Origin: Octopus vulgaris
Lineage: Eukaryota
DNA length: 64,000 nucleotides
Assembly (NCBI GenBank): GCA_951406725.2
Contig: OX597816.1
Coordinates: 175,646,001 to 175,710,000 of the forward strand
Direction of reading: 5' to 3'
Part shown: one piece after another, positions 11,994 through 24,661 of the stretch
How positions within the stretch are numbered: the first letter of the stretch is position 1
Layout of the letters: every line of letters starts with the position of its first letter
Notes under the pieces: model-generated
Databases searched by the model: none
What the model saw: only the letters and a program-made list of their open reading frames with translations
What the model was told of the DNA's origin: nothing
Made by a program: the position numbers and the translations under genes

Positions 11994-13202
11994 GTACCAG
12001 AAATATTAGCAGAACTCCAAACACAAGGAATTGAACCCCAGTCAGATGTGTTCAGATGTAGAAAGAACTAAACAATAAACAGAAGGTTGTCAAAGATTGA
12101 TGACATCATCAAGTCTCTAATAAACATATTAAAGCTTGTTTTTTTAATCAGTAGCCAGTGTGACCAGTGAAAACAACAATAGAACCAACAGATATTTAAT
12201 TCATTAGAAGCCCAGCATTGTAAACAAGTATTTTTTGGACAAACAACATATTGAAATCTTATTAACAATTATGTCTTTGGTATATTTTCTTTGACAGGCA
12301 TTAACTATATATAGATGGTGTGCCTACTAGCTAGACAGTGGTCATGATACAGCTAAAGTTAGCTTGCTGCAAGAATTTGTGCTATGCCCAGCAACTGTCA
12401 TTGCAGACACACATACACATCTCTCATGGGCACACAAACTGACTCACTTGGCTTAAATATCTTTTTTCTGTCATTCATCACAATGACATTTTTGTAAATG
12501 ATATATATTTCATATTTGGAACTTCATACAACCATTTTGTACATATCTAACCAAACCAAAATATTTCTATGTTACAATGGTGATCCAGTCTCAAGAAGAC
12601 TATACAACGTCTCAATGTACTAAACAACTCCAAAAACAACACTACCATGTTGGTGAAACTTTCTCTGTAAATTTCTTTTCCATCAGTGATCTTTCCCTTT
12701 GTTCACAGCCTATCAATACACTGTCTCAAAAACACTACACAGATTTTCATCAACTTCTAAAAGAACACTAACATAGCAGACCACCAACGTCATAAATACC
12801 CACCAAAGTAACCAGTAAACTCCTTTTCTTGCAAAAAAAAAAAAATAATAATAATACCTTTTACTGATTTCACCTTCTTTCTACTTTCACATGCATACAT
12901 CTGAACATGTATATATTGCACAAATATCAACATGTATACATTCACATGCATTTCACATAAATTCAGGTATCTAGCATACACACAACAAGAATACAGGTAT
13001 CTCGTAAACAAAATCATTGCTTGCAGCATACATAAAATGACTACAGTCAACTTCAGCTGCTTTTGCTTAGAAGCATAGAAAATAGCTGAACTGGTTCACT
13101 ATAAAACTCCTATTCAGATTCACATGAATATGCAAACAACTACTGACCCACAGGTATATATTGTACCAATTCACAAGCATAAATGACTATGACTATGCAC
13201 AA

Positions 13203-13620
13203 GGCGCAGGAGTGGCTGTGTGGTAAGTAGCTTGCTAACCAACCTCATGGTTCCAGGTTCAGTCCCACTGCGTGGCATCTTGGGCAAGTGTCTTCTGCTA
13301 TAGCCCCGGGCCGACCAATGCCTTGTGAGTGGATTTGGTAGACGGAAACTGAAAGAAGCCTGTCGTATATATGTATATATATATATGTATGTGTGTGTTT
13401 GTGTGTCTGTGTTTGTCCCCCTAGCATTGCTTGACAACCGATGCTGGTGTGTTTACGTCCCCGTCACTTAGCGGTTCGGCAAAAAGAGACCGATAGAATA
13501 AGTACTGGGCTTACAAAGAATAAGTCCCAGGGTCAATTTGCTCGACTAAAGGCGGTGCTCCAGCATGGCCGCAGTCAAATGACTGAAACAAGTAAAAGAG
13601 TAAAAGAGACTAAAGAGTAA
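13203..13620 (+). mobile_element. tRNA-headed SINE family A, full length and young
   Basis: GGCGCAGGAGTGGCTGTGTGG head to GACTGAAACAAGTAAAAGAG tail. Confidence 0.9.
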
Positions 13621-13822
13621 GTCACTCACTCAAACATTTGGCTAAATAAAACTAACTCATATACATATATGTATTCTCAATTCTTCTTACTAAGTACTTT
13701 TAAATTATATTCTAGCCAAATAGTCAACTATGATTTCCTTGCATATTTTTCACACTCATAGCTGTGTAGGTTTTCAGACCTCAAGCTTTTACAGTGTTTT
13801 AAATATAAAGCAGTATTGCTAT

Positions 13823-14222
13823 ACTCTTTTACTTGTTTCAGTCATTTGACTGCGGCCATGCTGGAGCACCGCCTTTAGTCGAGCAAATCGACCCCGGGAC
13901 TTATTCTTTGTAAGCCCAGTACTTATTCTATCGGTCTCTTTTGCCGAACCGCTAAGTGACGGGGATGTAAACCCACCAGCATCGGTTGTCAAGCAACGCT
14001 AGGGGGACAAACACAGACACACAAACACACACACACATACATATATATATACATATATACGACAGGCTTCTTTCAGTTTCCGTCTACCAAATCCACTCAC
14101 AAGGCATTGGTCGGCCCGGGGCTATAGCAGAAGACATTTGCCCAAGATGACACGCAGTGGGACTGAACCCGGAACCATGTGGTTGGTAAACAAGCTACTT
14201 ACCACACAGCCACTCCTGCGCC
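13823..14222 (-). mobile_element. tRNA-headed SINE family A, tail-to-tail with the 13203 copy
   Basis: Reverse complement of the neighbouring copy. Confidence 0.9.
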
Positions 14223-14790
14223 TAGGATTGATAACATTATCAACTTTCTGATAAATGCATCAAAAACGTTTGACCAGTGAAAAGACAATAGAATCAGCAG
14301 ATATTTAACTCATTAGAATCCCAGGGTTGTAAACAAACATTTTTGGGACAAACAAATAATAATTAACAATTTTGTCTTTGGAGCCTTTTCTTTGACAGAC
14401 GTTTGCATGTATGTATATATGTATATACACAGACCTACTAGCTAGTCAGTGGTTATGATACAGAACTCAGAGCTACTGTTATTGCAGACACACACAAACT
14501 GACTCACGGACACACATGACTGATTCACTTGGGTCAAACACCTGTTTTCTATCATTTATTGTAACAACAACATTTTTGTAAATGATAAATATATATTTTG
14601 TCTTTGGAATTTCACACAGACTTTTTGCTTGTCCATTCCTCGATCAAACTAAAATTTGCTATCATTTCATAGAGATTTGAAAATGTGGATATTTTAGCAG
14701 TAGTCCAAACTACTCTCAACTAATAATAAAATAGTAAAAGTTAAAAAGGGGAAAATGATAAAATTAAAAGGAAAAGAAAGAAATACTCAC

Positions 14791-14880
14791 TAAATTAGGA
14801 ATTTGTGCCCGTTGAATAATGGGACCGACATCTGGCATTCTAAGGGTTACAGAGGCAGTTTCTAGAGTAACACTTTCTAC
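14791..14880 (-). CDS. scrib: Scribble-like C-terminal-region exon (VESVTLETASVTLRMPDVGPIIQRAQIPNL)
   Basis: TATACAG acceptor and GTGAGT donor; 90 nt, open in phase 0. Confidence 0.75.
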
Positions 14881-15285
14881 CTGTATAATGCAAAAAATGC
14901 ATGAAACACAGTAAAATTCAGTAGATAGACAACCAGACAAATGTTGTGAAGAGAGAGAGAATGAGTGAGTGAGAGTTGAAAAATCTTTTGAAATTGCTCA
15001 TGCCACCCAGCTCAGTCAAAAGGATCGAAGATCCTTACTGAGCCATAAAGCAGGTATTCCAGATTCTATGGTGTATATATTCCCCAATAAGACAGAACAA
15101 TGGTCTGTCACAGGATTACTCATTTTTAACAGCTGGAGCAATATGAAATGAAGTGTTTTGCTCAAGAATACAATGCATTGCTGAGTCCAGGAAATGAAAC
15201 CACAATCTCAAGACCACAGCCTAACCACTAAGCCATACACATCCAGCTCAGTGGTAAGAAGTAAATGATGATGGTAATGGCATAA

Positions 15286-15559
15286 AGTTGTGAGTGGATG
15301 ATACCACATAAATGTAAAAATAGACGAAACCAAAGTATCAGTGGGGAAGTAGGGCTCGTGGGGTCCGAGCTAAACCCGCTCCCACTCCATCCGTAATGTC
15401 TTCCGGTCTGTTCTTCATTCGATTTCTTCGATTTATTCATATTTTGTATTTTTTGTAAATTTTTAAATTCATCTTTTTGTAATCCCATTCATGGATCTGA
15501 CCCCACATCAGATTGTATTGTCCCCTCTATGTTCGCCCCTAGTGGGTAATAATAAAACA
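15286..15559 (+). mobile_element. Short retro-insertion with a 19-bp TSD and a SINE-B-like 3' end, probably a LINE 3' fragment
   Basis: GATGATGGTAATGGCATAA at 15267-15285 and 15560-15578; ends TGTCCCCTCTATGTTCGCCCCTAGTGGGTAATAATAAA. Confidence 0.75.
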
Positions 15560-15651
15560 GATGATGGTAATGGCATAATGAAGTTGTTACTAACAATAAT
15601 GTTGATATCAAAACTGGTAAGGATGAAGAAAAAATAACAAAGGTAACTCAC

Positions 15652-15720
15652 TGGAGGAATGGTTTGATCACTGATTTCGTTCCTCAGCTGTGTCTGTGGC
15701 ATCTGTTGCTCTTCTGATAA
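15652..15720 (-). CDS. scrib: Scribble-like C-terminal-region exon (LSEEQQMPQTQLRNEISDQTIPP)
   Basis: TTTTTACGGTAG acceptor and GTGAGT donor; 69 nt, open in phase 0; unique sequence among repeats. Confidence 0.75.
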
Positions 15721-15854
15721 CTACCGTAAAAATAGGGGAGAAAAATAGGTGGTTGTAGTTGATGCTGCATCTTCAGAGAGAGGTGGGGCATGAAAGACAA
15801 TCATAGTTTATGAAGAGGAAATGTGAGGAAGAGAAAGATGCTGTTTAGAAGAGG

Positions 15855-17125
15855 CTAGCAGAGATACCCGGCGTTGCCTGTATTATATGCAATTGAACAA
15901 TTCGACTTTTCTGTTATATTTTCTGTAATGAACTGGAATATCTATGTTTCGAATTTCATCAAAATTGCAGATGAGGGTTATTTCCCTCTTTACACACCCT
16001 TAAAAAATTGTAATCATGCCACATGTATCCCTTACTACTGATTTTTATGTGCATATTCCAAAATTCCAGTCTTATTGAACCTGTTAAAAGGATTTTGCAC
16101 CTGAAAAATTAAGGTCATTGAGCTCTAAAATGTGAGAGTTAAGACCCCTGTTGGGGGTGGGTGCCTTAATGTCAACCAGAGAATTTGAATTGTTGAGAAT
16201 CTGTTTAACTTGGGTCTTATATCTATTGTTTGAATTTCTTTGAAATAGGAAATATATGTTCACTGGGTTTATAAAAGAGAACAAAGCTACAGGAAACCAA
16301 AAGATGAATGATCACAATAAGCAGTCAACTACCCTACCCTAGTCATTAAGAACTCCCAATGTAGGATTCCTCACCATCCAGGTGACAGGCACAGCCGTAA
16401 GATGCATTAAGAATCTATAGCAATTGGAAGGGCATGACCCAACTGAAATAAACATTAACAACTGTGTGACGTGGGGGCTAAGGAGAAATGAAAGTGTCTC
16501 CTCTGGAGTTTGCAAATGACCACTATACTGATACGTAACTGTGCAGAATAAATTTACAATCTATAAGTGTCTTTGAATAACCAGTCACTCATCTGGGAAG
16601 GCCTTGAAAACAATGTTTCCATCTGGGGACTATGTGTGACCCAGTGATAATAAAAAGACTGAAAGGAGGTCTGCAATCAAATAACTTTACTCAACACTTT
16701 GCAACGGAATTTATGCACCACATTGCAGAAATCACAATGTAAGTGTATGTCAAAGCAAACTGTTACACTGCTGTACCATTGAATTACAAATAATGCTCAT
16801 CTTTTATGCTCAGTAACCCTACAGCTTCCAAGGGCATAACTGTATTCATCTTTGCTTAAATAAAATGACAAAATTTTTGGTGCTAAGTCTCCATGGAGGG
16901 GTCTTTGTAACTTGTAAGAAGATGAAATTTTATAAATATTACTTCATTTGTGTCTAATATCTATGGTTAAAACTTCATCAACAGCAAAAATATATGAATT
17001 GTCATGGGGTTTATGGCCCTTGTGCATAGAATATAATTTCCAAATTTCCTAAAGATCCATTCAGTACTTTTGACCTATTTTTGAATCATAAAAGAAATGA
17101 CTAAAATTTGGGAGTTAGGAAGTTT

Positions 17126-17140
<15 letters not shown>
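15855..17140 (-). mobile_element. Larger Helitron remnant, about 1.3 kb
   Basis: CTAGCAGAGATACCCGGCGTTGC end shared with the small Helitrons and a TTTTATATATA start region; interior decayed. Confidence 0.55.
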
Positions 17141-17171
<31 letters not shown>

Positions 17172-17176
<5 letters not shown>

Positions 17177-17683
17177 GGTTTGGAGATGATGTACAGGTAT
17201 TTTATATTAAAGGAATGAGGTACTCAGAAATTCGGATGGTTTTATATTTACAGATATTTACTTGTATATTACATGTTTTTATACATCATATAACATATAT
17301 CACATATCATATATTAGCGCTTTCGCCCATTCTAGTGGAGTTTTCAAATTGAACTAAGTTCTTGTGGAAAATTTGACCATTTTTATAGTGTTATTGAGTG
17401 TGTAGTGTTGGAGAGGGATATGAGATAATACAAGAGGGTGATGAATGGGGAGAAAGTGAGAGAGAGCATGTGTGTGTGTGTATGTGCGCGTGTGTATGTG
17501 TATGTGTGTGTGTTTTGTATCTGAAGGCAGTGTTAAAGAAAAAGAAGGAAAGGAAGAAAATGGAGAGAAAGAAGAAAAGAATTGTTTTGTTGGTCTCTTT
17601 TGTAGCTGGTCAGGATGTTTTCTGCAAGGGGGGTAAAGTGTATTTTTCAAAATTTGTCTGGATTTCTTTTTTATCATTGTCTA

Positions 17684-17734
<51 letters not shown>

Positions 17735-19600
17735 TGTGTGTGTGTGTGTCTGATCTGAAAGGGGTATTAAAGAAAAAGAAGGAAAGGAAGAAAAGGGAGA
17801 GAAAGAAGACCGTAAATTGTATTTCCTTTTTATCATTGTCTTGTTAGAAAGTGTGTGTGTGTGTGTGTGTGTTTGTGTGTGTGTATGTGTTTGTGTTTTT
17901 GTATCTGAAAGAAGTGTTAAGGAGGAATGGTCAAGTTGTTAAAAATAACCAGTCACTGGCTTTTAGCAATGGTCAAGAATGCCACTTTTGTTTATATTTT
18001 TGCAACTGTAAAGGATTTTTGGGTTTTAGGAATTGGCCATTTCAAAAAAGAATTGTCTGGATTTCTTTCTATTATTGTTTTGTGAAGGTGTGCGTGTGTG
18101 TGTGTGTGTGTGTGCGTGTGCGTGAGTGGGGGGTGCCTGTGAATCTGGAAGAGGTGTCGTTGGAGAAGAGAAGAAAGAAGAAAAAGAGGAAGAAGAAATA
18201 ATTGTGTTGATATTTATCCCACTATTCAGTTCTTTCAATCCAATGTTTGATTCGCTTACATGGGATGGAGAATGTGGATTAGAGATTGTTTTTATTTATG
18301 TACATATGTGTAGAACTGTGTGTGTGTGTATTTAATACAATTTACTTTACAAATTTGATCCTTCATCTAGTACAACTTATGATAGAGATATTTTCAGACA
18401 TTCAATTTGGGGAAGAACTTAGTTATTGAAGTATTTTTCCATATTCCTCCTGAAGGAGGTGTTATTCTTTGGACATTTGTAGAAAGGAAAGATCCTAAAT
18501 TAACAGAAACATGGATATTCTAGAGATGGGCTGGGGGTGGGGTGGGGGTTCCAGCAGGGAGAAGAGAGAGAGGGAGAGAAAGTGGGGGGAGAGAGTGCAG
18601 GTAATATAGGGGAGCACCAGTGGGGAGGGGTGTTAGGAGAAACGATGACAGGTAGGGGTGGTGGTAGGTTCTAGACAGAATGAAACGCAGGATATCACGA
18701 GTGAGGGAGGGGACTGGAAGGAGGGGAAGAAAAGCAGGGGTAATACATAGTGAAATAGCGTATTGAGGAGGAGGGGTTCAAGGAGTAGACACACATAATG
18801 GAGGTGGGAGAAGGGATATCCGGTGTAGATGGAGTAAATCATCATCATCATCATCGTTTAACGTCCGCTTTCCATGCTAGCATGGGTTGGACGGTTTAAC
18901 TGGGGTCTGGCAAGCCAGAAGGCTGCACCAGGCCAGTCAGATCTGGCAGTGTTTCTACAGCTGGATGCCCTTCCTAACGCCAACCACTCCGAGAGTGTAG
19001 TGGGTGATTTTATGTGCCACCGACACAGGTGCCAGACGAGGTTGGCAGACGGTCACGCTCGGATGGTGTTTTTTATGTGCCACCGACACAGGTGCCAGAC
19101 GAGGCTGGCGGACGGCCACGCTCGGATGAGATATAGAGAGATATCCGGTATTGGTGGTGGGGGTGGGAAAGGGCAGGTGCACCGCAAATGGCGAAGTTTT
19201 GATTCAGGAGAGAGCGGCAGATATATGGAAAGAGAAGAATTAGGCAAATGGGGTTTGAAGAAACAATGTCATAGACAACGAACAAATTATCGTAGAGAGC
19301 GAGCAAAGGACAAAGTAACACGGAGAAAGGAACAAAGTAGAGAAAGAAAGAAAGAAAGAAAGAAATTATCAGCACATAAAGACGAATTATTACGAGATAG
19401 GACTAAAAATGAAAAGATTATATTTTTGGGAGACAATATCAACTGCTTAGCTCACGAAAAGAATCAACAAACAGATTAGTAAATAGAAAATACATTTTAA
19501 GTGTTAGTAGCGAACGTAGTACGAGTGGTCAAGAAATGAAATGAGAAATTCTTAGCTTAGCTAGCTTCGGACATCGCTGCTCGATGAATGAATGATACTT
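17172..19600 (-). mobile_element. Penelope-like remnant region with internal microsatellites and a nested RTE copy
   Basis: Minus-strand EKYF...KFFPKLNV-like GIY-YIG C-terminal remnant (frameshifted) near 18400-18445; decayed hammerhead-like motif at 17311-17352. Confidence 0.45.
18839..19128 (-). mobile_element. RTE 3'-UTR copy
   Basis: (CAT)n start and reverse-complemented core with two repeat units. Confidence 0.85.
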
Positions 19601-19649
19601 TGACACTCCTGTTTGTGATTATCTTTAAGCATAGCTTAACAAAGCTTTA

Positions 19650-21400
19650 CCATTTACTTAAGTTCTGCCACAAATTTTATGTTCCCCAGTGACCACTGGA
19701 GAGCATAAAATTTGTGGCAGAACAATTGGGAGCAGTAATAATCCAGATGATTGAGTGTAGCATGGTAACCTTCCTCCAAGTTCTGAATAATATTCGAATC
19801 CAGCCAGCTACCCAGTGTTACTGTCTTGGTAATATGGAATGTTGCATCATTACTCACACACTTTGACTTGGAGATTGCACTACTCACCAGTCCTATGTAT
19901 TCCAATTGTAGTCTGTTTGTGAGTGATAGTGGCATGCTTGGAACTTCTCAGCATTGCAATGCATGTTATTTTCCTCATCCCATTTGTATATTGCATTCAG
20001 GTATTCAGTTTTAGGATGTCACTAGGGTTCTTGACTACCTATGTACTTTTGTGTCATCAGCATAGCTGGAGAGAGTGGCTAGCTGTATGCCTGAGAACAT
20101 GTTGACAGAGCTATCACACTCAGTAGTGGTGGTCCCTTGAAAGGACTCTCCAGAGAGAAGACAACTGGCTGCAACTTCTGATTTCTGCTTTTTAAAAAGT
20201 CATGCAGTATGTGACATATCATCCTATGATCAACTTTGTCAAAGACCATTTGACCAGTTGAGCTGCTGTCTCAATACCCAGTGATAATACTGTAGTAGCC
20301 GTGTGAGTTAGCCCCTTCCTGGACAGAAGCCATGGTACATCTTTATGAGCAAGTTATTTTCTTCCAGGAACAGGATCAGCCGCCTTCTGAAAATGTGTTC
20401 CATGACCTTGCTAACATGTGAGGTCAAAGAGAAAGGCCTGTAATCCTTAGCATCTCTGCTTTCTCCTCTATGTAGAAGGTATATCATACCTTCTTTTAAC
20501 ATTTCGGGAAGTTTACCACATGCAAGGAAACTCTGAAAAAGTATCTGCAGTGGTTTTGCAGGAACTTTCTTGCACACATCATTCAAAGAACAGCTGGAAA
20601 TCCATCTTGGCCCATGGCTGAGTTTGAGTTCCTCTCGTCAATAGCCAATATTACATCTTCCTCCTTTATGTCAATGTAATCTTTGGTTACTTCTTTCCCA
20701 TTTACTTATTTATATAGTTCCCAGTGGAGAGGTGAAGACACTTTGGAATTGTTTATTTAGTATGTCACATATCCTGGGATCGGCAGTTAGTAAACCATCT
20801 TCTACAAACAGTGGCATTATCTTGTATGCACTGAGACAGACTCTTTCACAAATTTGTGGCAGGCTTAAAGATTTAAATATATATTTCCCTTGCTTTTTCT
20901 TGAGAGAGGCTGGGTTTGTTTTCAATCTCTTAGAGTGACTTTTTGAGGAAGAATTTCTTGCTATAATTAAGTTGTTAATTTAAGCAATTTGAGATCATTA
21001 TTCTCCATTTCATAAGGTCTCTCCTGCCTCAGGGAATGTTGTTTTTGTATGTACTGGCTCTCTTCTCTGGGACAAATTTAATGCATATGGCTTGCATTAT
21101 TGATAAGAATTCATTAAGTTTCATATCAATGTCTTGCAAAGAGAGACTTTTAAGAGAGACTTTTTCAAGTGACTTCCTGTTAGCCTTGTAGAAGTTCAGA
21201 CTGCGTTGGGATTCAGTTGCCATCTATATAGAAGACATGTTTAACTAATTCTGGACTATATATTGATAATTCTATCATGTTGTGGTCTGAGAAAATTGCT
21301 GATGATATCTTCACAATGTGGATAAGTTCCACATTGAAGTAGAGGCCTAAGATGTTACTGTTTCTGGGTGGAGAAAATATGGTTTGCTCTATGAAGATAT
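19650..21400 (-). mobile_element. Decayed CR1/L2/Jockey-group LINE ORF2 fragment
   Basis: DYRPFSLTSHVSKVMEH...HGF-PGR, ILNKQFQSVFT and LNFYKAN motifs across broken ORFs. Confidence 0.75.
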
Positions 21401-21449
21401 ATATGGAAACTTGAGCTGTATAACAACATTGAGTATATAATTATATATA

Positions 21450-21917
21450 GGCATGGGCATGGTCGAGTGGTTAAGAAACTTGCTTCCTAATCACGTGATC
21501 TTGGGTTCTGTTGCACTGTGTAGCACCCTGGGTAAATGTCTTCTGCAATAGCAGAAGACACTTGGATTTCTGCTGAGTGAGGCTTCTGAGTGGATTTGTT
21601 AAAGCCTTCTGAGTGGATTTGTTAAATGGAAACTAAAAGAAGCCTGTTGTATATATATATAGAGAGAGTATGTTTGTACATGCATGCATGTACTGTAAAC
21701 ATCATATGATGATTGTAACTGAGCATCACTTTTGTATCAGCAAGGTTGTGTGTTTCCCATCTTACATGAAAAACATATCTAGCTATGGCGAAATATTACT
21801 TTGTTTGATAAATGGTGATGGTTGGCGACAGGAAGAGCATCCAGCTGTAGAAAATCTGCCTCAACAAATTCTGTCAGACCCATACATGGAAATGGGTATG
21901 TTAAATGATGATGATGA
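21450..21917 (+). mobile_element. Old SINE with a family-A-like tRNA head and an RTE-type tail
   Basis: Head resembles family A; 3' end GTTGGCGACAGGAAGAGCATCCAGCTGTAGAAA...(GAT)n resembles the RTE tail. Confidence 0.65.
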
Positions 21918-22444
21918 TTTATCAGTCATTGTCATCATTTCATATCTACTTTTCCATGTTTGAATGGGTCAATCAGGAGTATGTTGAAGCAAAGTTTCTT
22001 CACTTATTCCCAAGTGAGGTACTGATTTCTCTGTCAATCAAGCAACAAACTGCTCAGACATGTGTACATGGAGAACCTGAAATAAATGACACTGCAGCAT
22101 CTCAAGATTTATCATGAAGTCTAGGTGTACTTTCCTGCAAGCAAACTATCCTGTTAAAGAAGTCATTACTTACAATCAATTATCAATCAGATATGTAGAC
22201 AAGAGAAATGAAAACCCACCCAAGCAAGCACACACACACACACACACACACATTTATATGATGGTCTTCTTTTGGGTACTATCTACAAAGTTCACTCACA
22301 AGGCTTTGGGGCTACATTAATGAACATTTGTCCAAGGTACCATGTAGTGGGAATGAACACAAAACCAAGTGGTTGGGAAGAACATTTCTTAATCACATAG
22401 CCTATTTAAAAAAAGGTTTTTAGAGAAAGTTTATAATGCAGTCA

Positions 22445-22630
22445 CATCATCATCATCGTTTAGCGTCCGTTTTCCATGCTAGCATAGGTTGGACGGTTCT
22501 ACTGGGGTCTGTGAAGCCAGAAGGCTTCATCAGGCCCAGTCAAATCTGGCAGTGTTTCTACGGCTGGATGCCCTTCCTAACGCCAACCACTCCGTGAGTG
22601 TAGTGTGTGCTTTTTACGTGCCACCCGCAC
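22445..22630 (-). mobile_element. RTE 3'-end copy
   Basis: Reverse complement of 23025-23210. Confidence 0.85.
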
Positions 22631-22879
22631 AATATTTGAAAATAGATTTCTTAAATTAGAAATTATTGATTATTAAATTTAAAAAAAAACATTAATTATA
22701 TAAAAATGCTTCAAAAAATACAGATGGACGCAGACCTGATTGAAGAATGGTTCTGTTTAAGCACTTGCCACTGTTTTGAGATTATCAAACAAACTTGTTA
22801 TAAGGTAATTGTTTTAGTAGTTACTAGTTTACATACATATTTTTAAACTTGCAGAAATAGAGATCAGCAAACGATTTTC

Positions 22880-23220
22880 ATTTGCCAGCTCCGTCTGGCC
22901 CCGTGTCGGTGGCATGTAAAAGCACCATCCGTTCGTGTTCGTTGCCAGCCTCGGCTGGCCCCCGTGCCGGTGACACGTAAAAGCACCGTCCGTTCGTGGC
23001 CGTTTGCCAGCTCTGTCTGGCACCTGTGCAGGTGGCACATAAAAAACACCCACTACACTCACGGAGTGGTTGGCGTTAGGAAGGGCATCCAGCCGTAGAA
23101 ACACTGCCAGATCTAACTGGGCCTGACGAAGCCTTCCAGCTTCACAGACCCCAGTTGACCCGTCCAACCCATGCTAGCATGGAAAGCGGACGCTAAATGA
23201 TGATGATGATGATGATGATG
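22880..23220 (+). mobile_element. RTE 3'-UTR copy
   Basis: Three repeat units, core and (GAT)n tail. Confidence 0.85.
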
Positions 23221-23821
23221 GTAATGCAGCTTGTGGTTTAAGACAGCTGACAAGTGAGCCAATTCTGATCTAGGTTTGCTGTTTCCTTAACATCCTTGGA
23301 AAGAGAAACCAGAGGCTGTCAACTTGCCTCATGTGAAGTTAATATGCAAAGAAGAAAATGGCTTTGTGTTTTATCTCATAAAGTCAAAATATTTGACAAA
23401 TAACAGGTCTTTGAATGGCTTAAATAAAATAAGCGATGACAGCGAAGCACTAAAATGCCATCTGTTGTATGAGGGTCTGCATGAGCACTCTGTAAATTAA
23501 ATTCAACCTAAAGAAACGTCTATTTTTGCATGCTAGACTATATTTGATCAGTTTATATTTTTAAACTGTCAGCACAAAGTTTTGATATAAGATTTACTAT
23601 CGGGGGTTCTGCCATTTTTAACATTAATCACTCAATTGTAGAGTAGAGATTATATTTATTTACTACCTCGGTTGAATGATGAATAGAGCAATGTGTATAT
23701 TCCCTAAGTTTACAGTGGTTCTTTCCTTGATTCCTTGGTGATAGCTCAACCAAAACTAAAGATTTAAAGTTACATGATATGCTTGAAAAGCTTTATTCGA
23801 ATGATAAAGAAACATATTTAA

Positions 23822-24040
23822 CCCTTTAGCGTTCAAATTAATATGTCAATAATAATCTTTATTCATTTACATTTAAAAAAATTAATCTGGTATTATATTG
23901 TAGCTTCAAAATTTGAAAGATGTAATGGTTTATTTTTAGAATGACATTGCAGGGAGGTGTAAGATACTGGTTCTGGCCAGTTTGAGCATAAAATGAGCAG
24001 AATATATAGGCCGGATATAGCCGGTTTAAACACTAAAGGG
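23822..24040. mobile_element. piggyBac-type MITE, opposite orientation to the 322 copy
   Basis: TTAA|CCCTTTAG...CTAAAGGG|TTAA. Confidence 0.85.
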
Positions 24041-24065
24041 TTAAGTTTTTAAAAACTTTAACATT

Positions 24066-24630
24066 AAACTTATTATGTAAAACAGTAGAAGTAGGAAAGC
24101 TAAGGATGACCTGTGTCAGTACAAATATTTGCAAATTAGAATAAATGATTTTTCATGAGGAGAAGTCTAATGTTTAGGATAGACTTTATCACAGGAAAGA
24201 AATGAAACTTATTATGTAAAACAGTAGAAGTAGGAAAGCTAAGGATGACCTGTGTCAGTACAAATATTTGCAAATTAGAATAAATGATTTTTCATGAGGA
24301 GAAGTCTAATGTTTAGGATAGACTTTATCACAGGAAAGAAATGAAACTTATTATGTAAAACAGTAGAAGTAGGAAAGCTAAGGATGACCTGTGTCAGTAC
24401 AAATATTTGCAAATTAGAATAAATGATTTTTCATGAGGAGAAGTCTAATGTTTAGGATAGACTTTATCACAGGAAAGAAATGAAACTTATTATGTAAAAC
24501 AGTAGAAGTAGGAAAGCTAAGGATGACCTGTGTCAGTACAAATATTTGCAAATTAGAATAAATGATTTTTCATGAGGAGAAGTCTAATGTTTAGGATAGA
24601 CTTTATCACAGGAAAGAAATGAAACTTATT
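24066..24630 (+). repeat. Tandem repeat, 4 x 139 bp plus 9 nt
   Basis: AAACTTATTATGTAAAACAG units start at 24066, 24205, 24344 and 24483, with a partial unit at 24622; no differences seen. Confidence 0.95.
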
Positions 24631-24661
24631 AACACATATTTATGCATTTGTATATATGATA

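Larger units (their letters stand above)
12090..14670 (+). repeat. Diverged ~450-bp local duplication (about 12090-12575 and 14225-14670)
   Basis: Shared colinear blocks such as TGACCAGTGAAAA..CAATAGAA..CAGATATTTAA.TCATTAGAA.CCCAG and CCTACTAGCTAG.CAGTGGT.ATGATACAG. Confidence 0.75.

Noticed and set aside
13171-13437. Recurrent ORFs such as MSSNARGTNTD...RLPNPLTRHWS and MLAWVG.../MDGSTGV...
   Set aside because: They are incidental translations of SINE-A and RTE 3'-UTR copies.
23238-23755. Extra exon candidates DVKETANLDQNWLTCQLS-stop and FWLSYHQGIKERTT on the minus strand
   Set aside because: Splice signals are weak (AAG acceptor, GTAAAC donor) and there is no homology; expected by chance.
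24066-24630. 139-bp array as CRISPR or tandem ncRNA genes
   Set aside because: Units are identical with no spacers, and no RNA gene motif was recognised.
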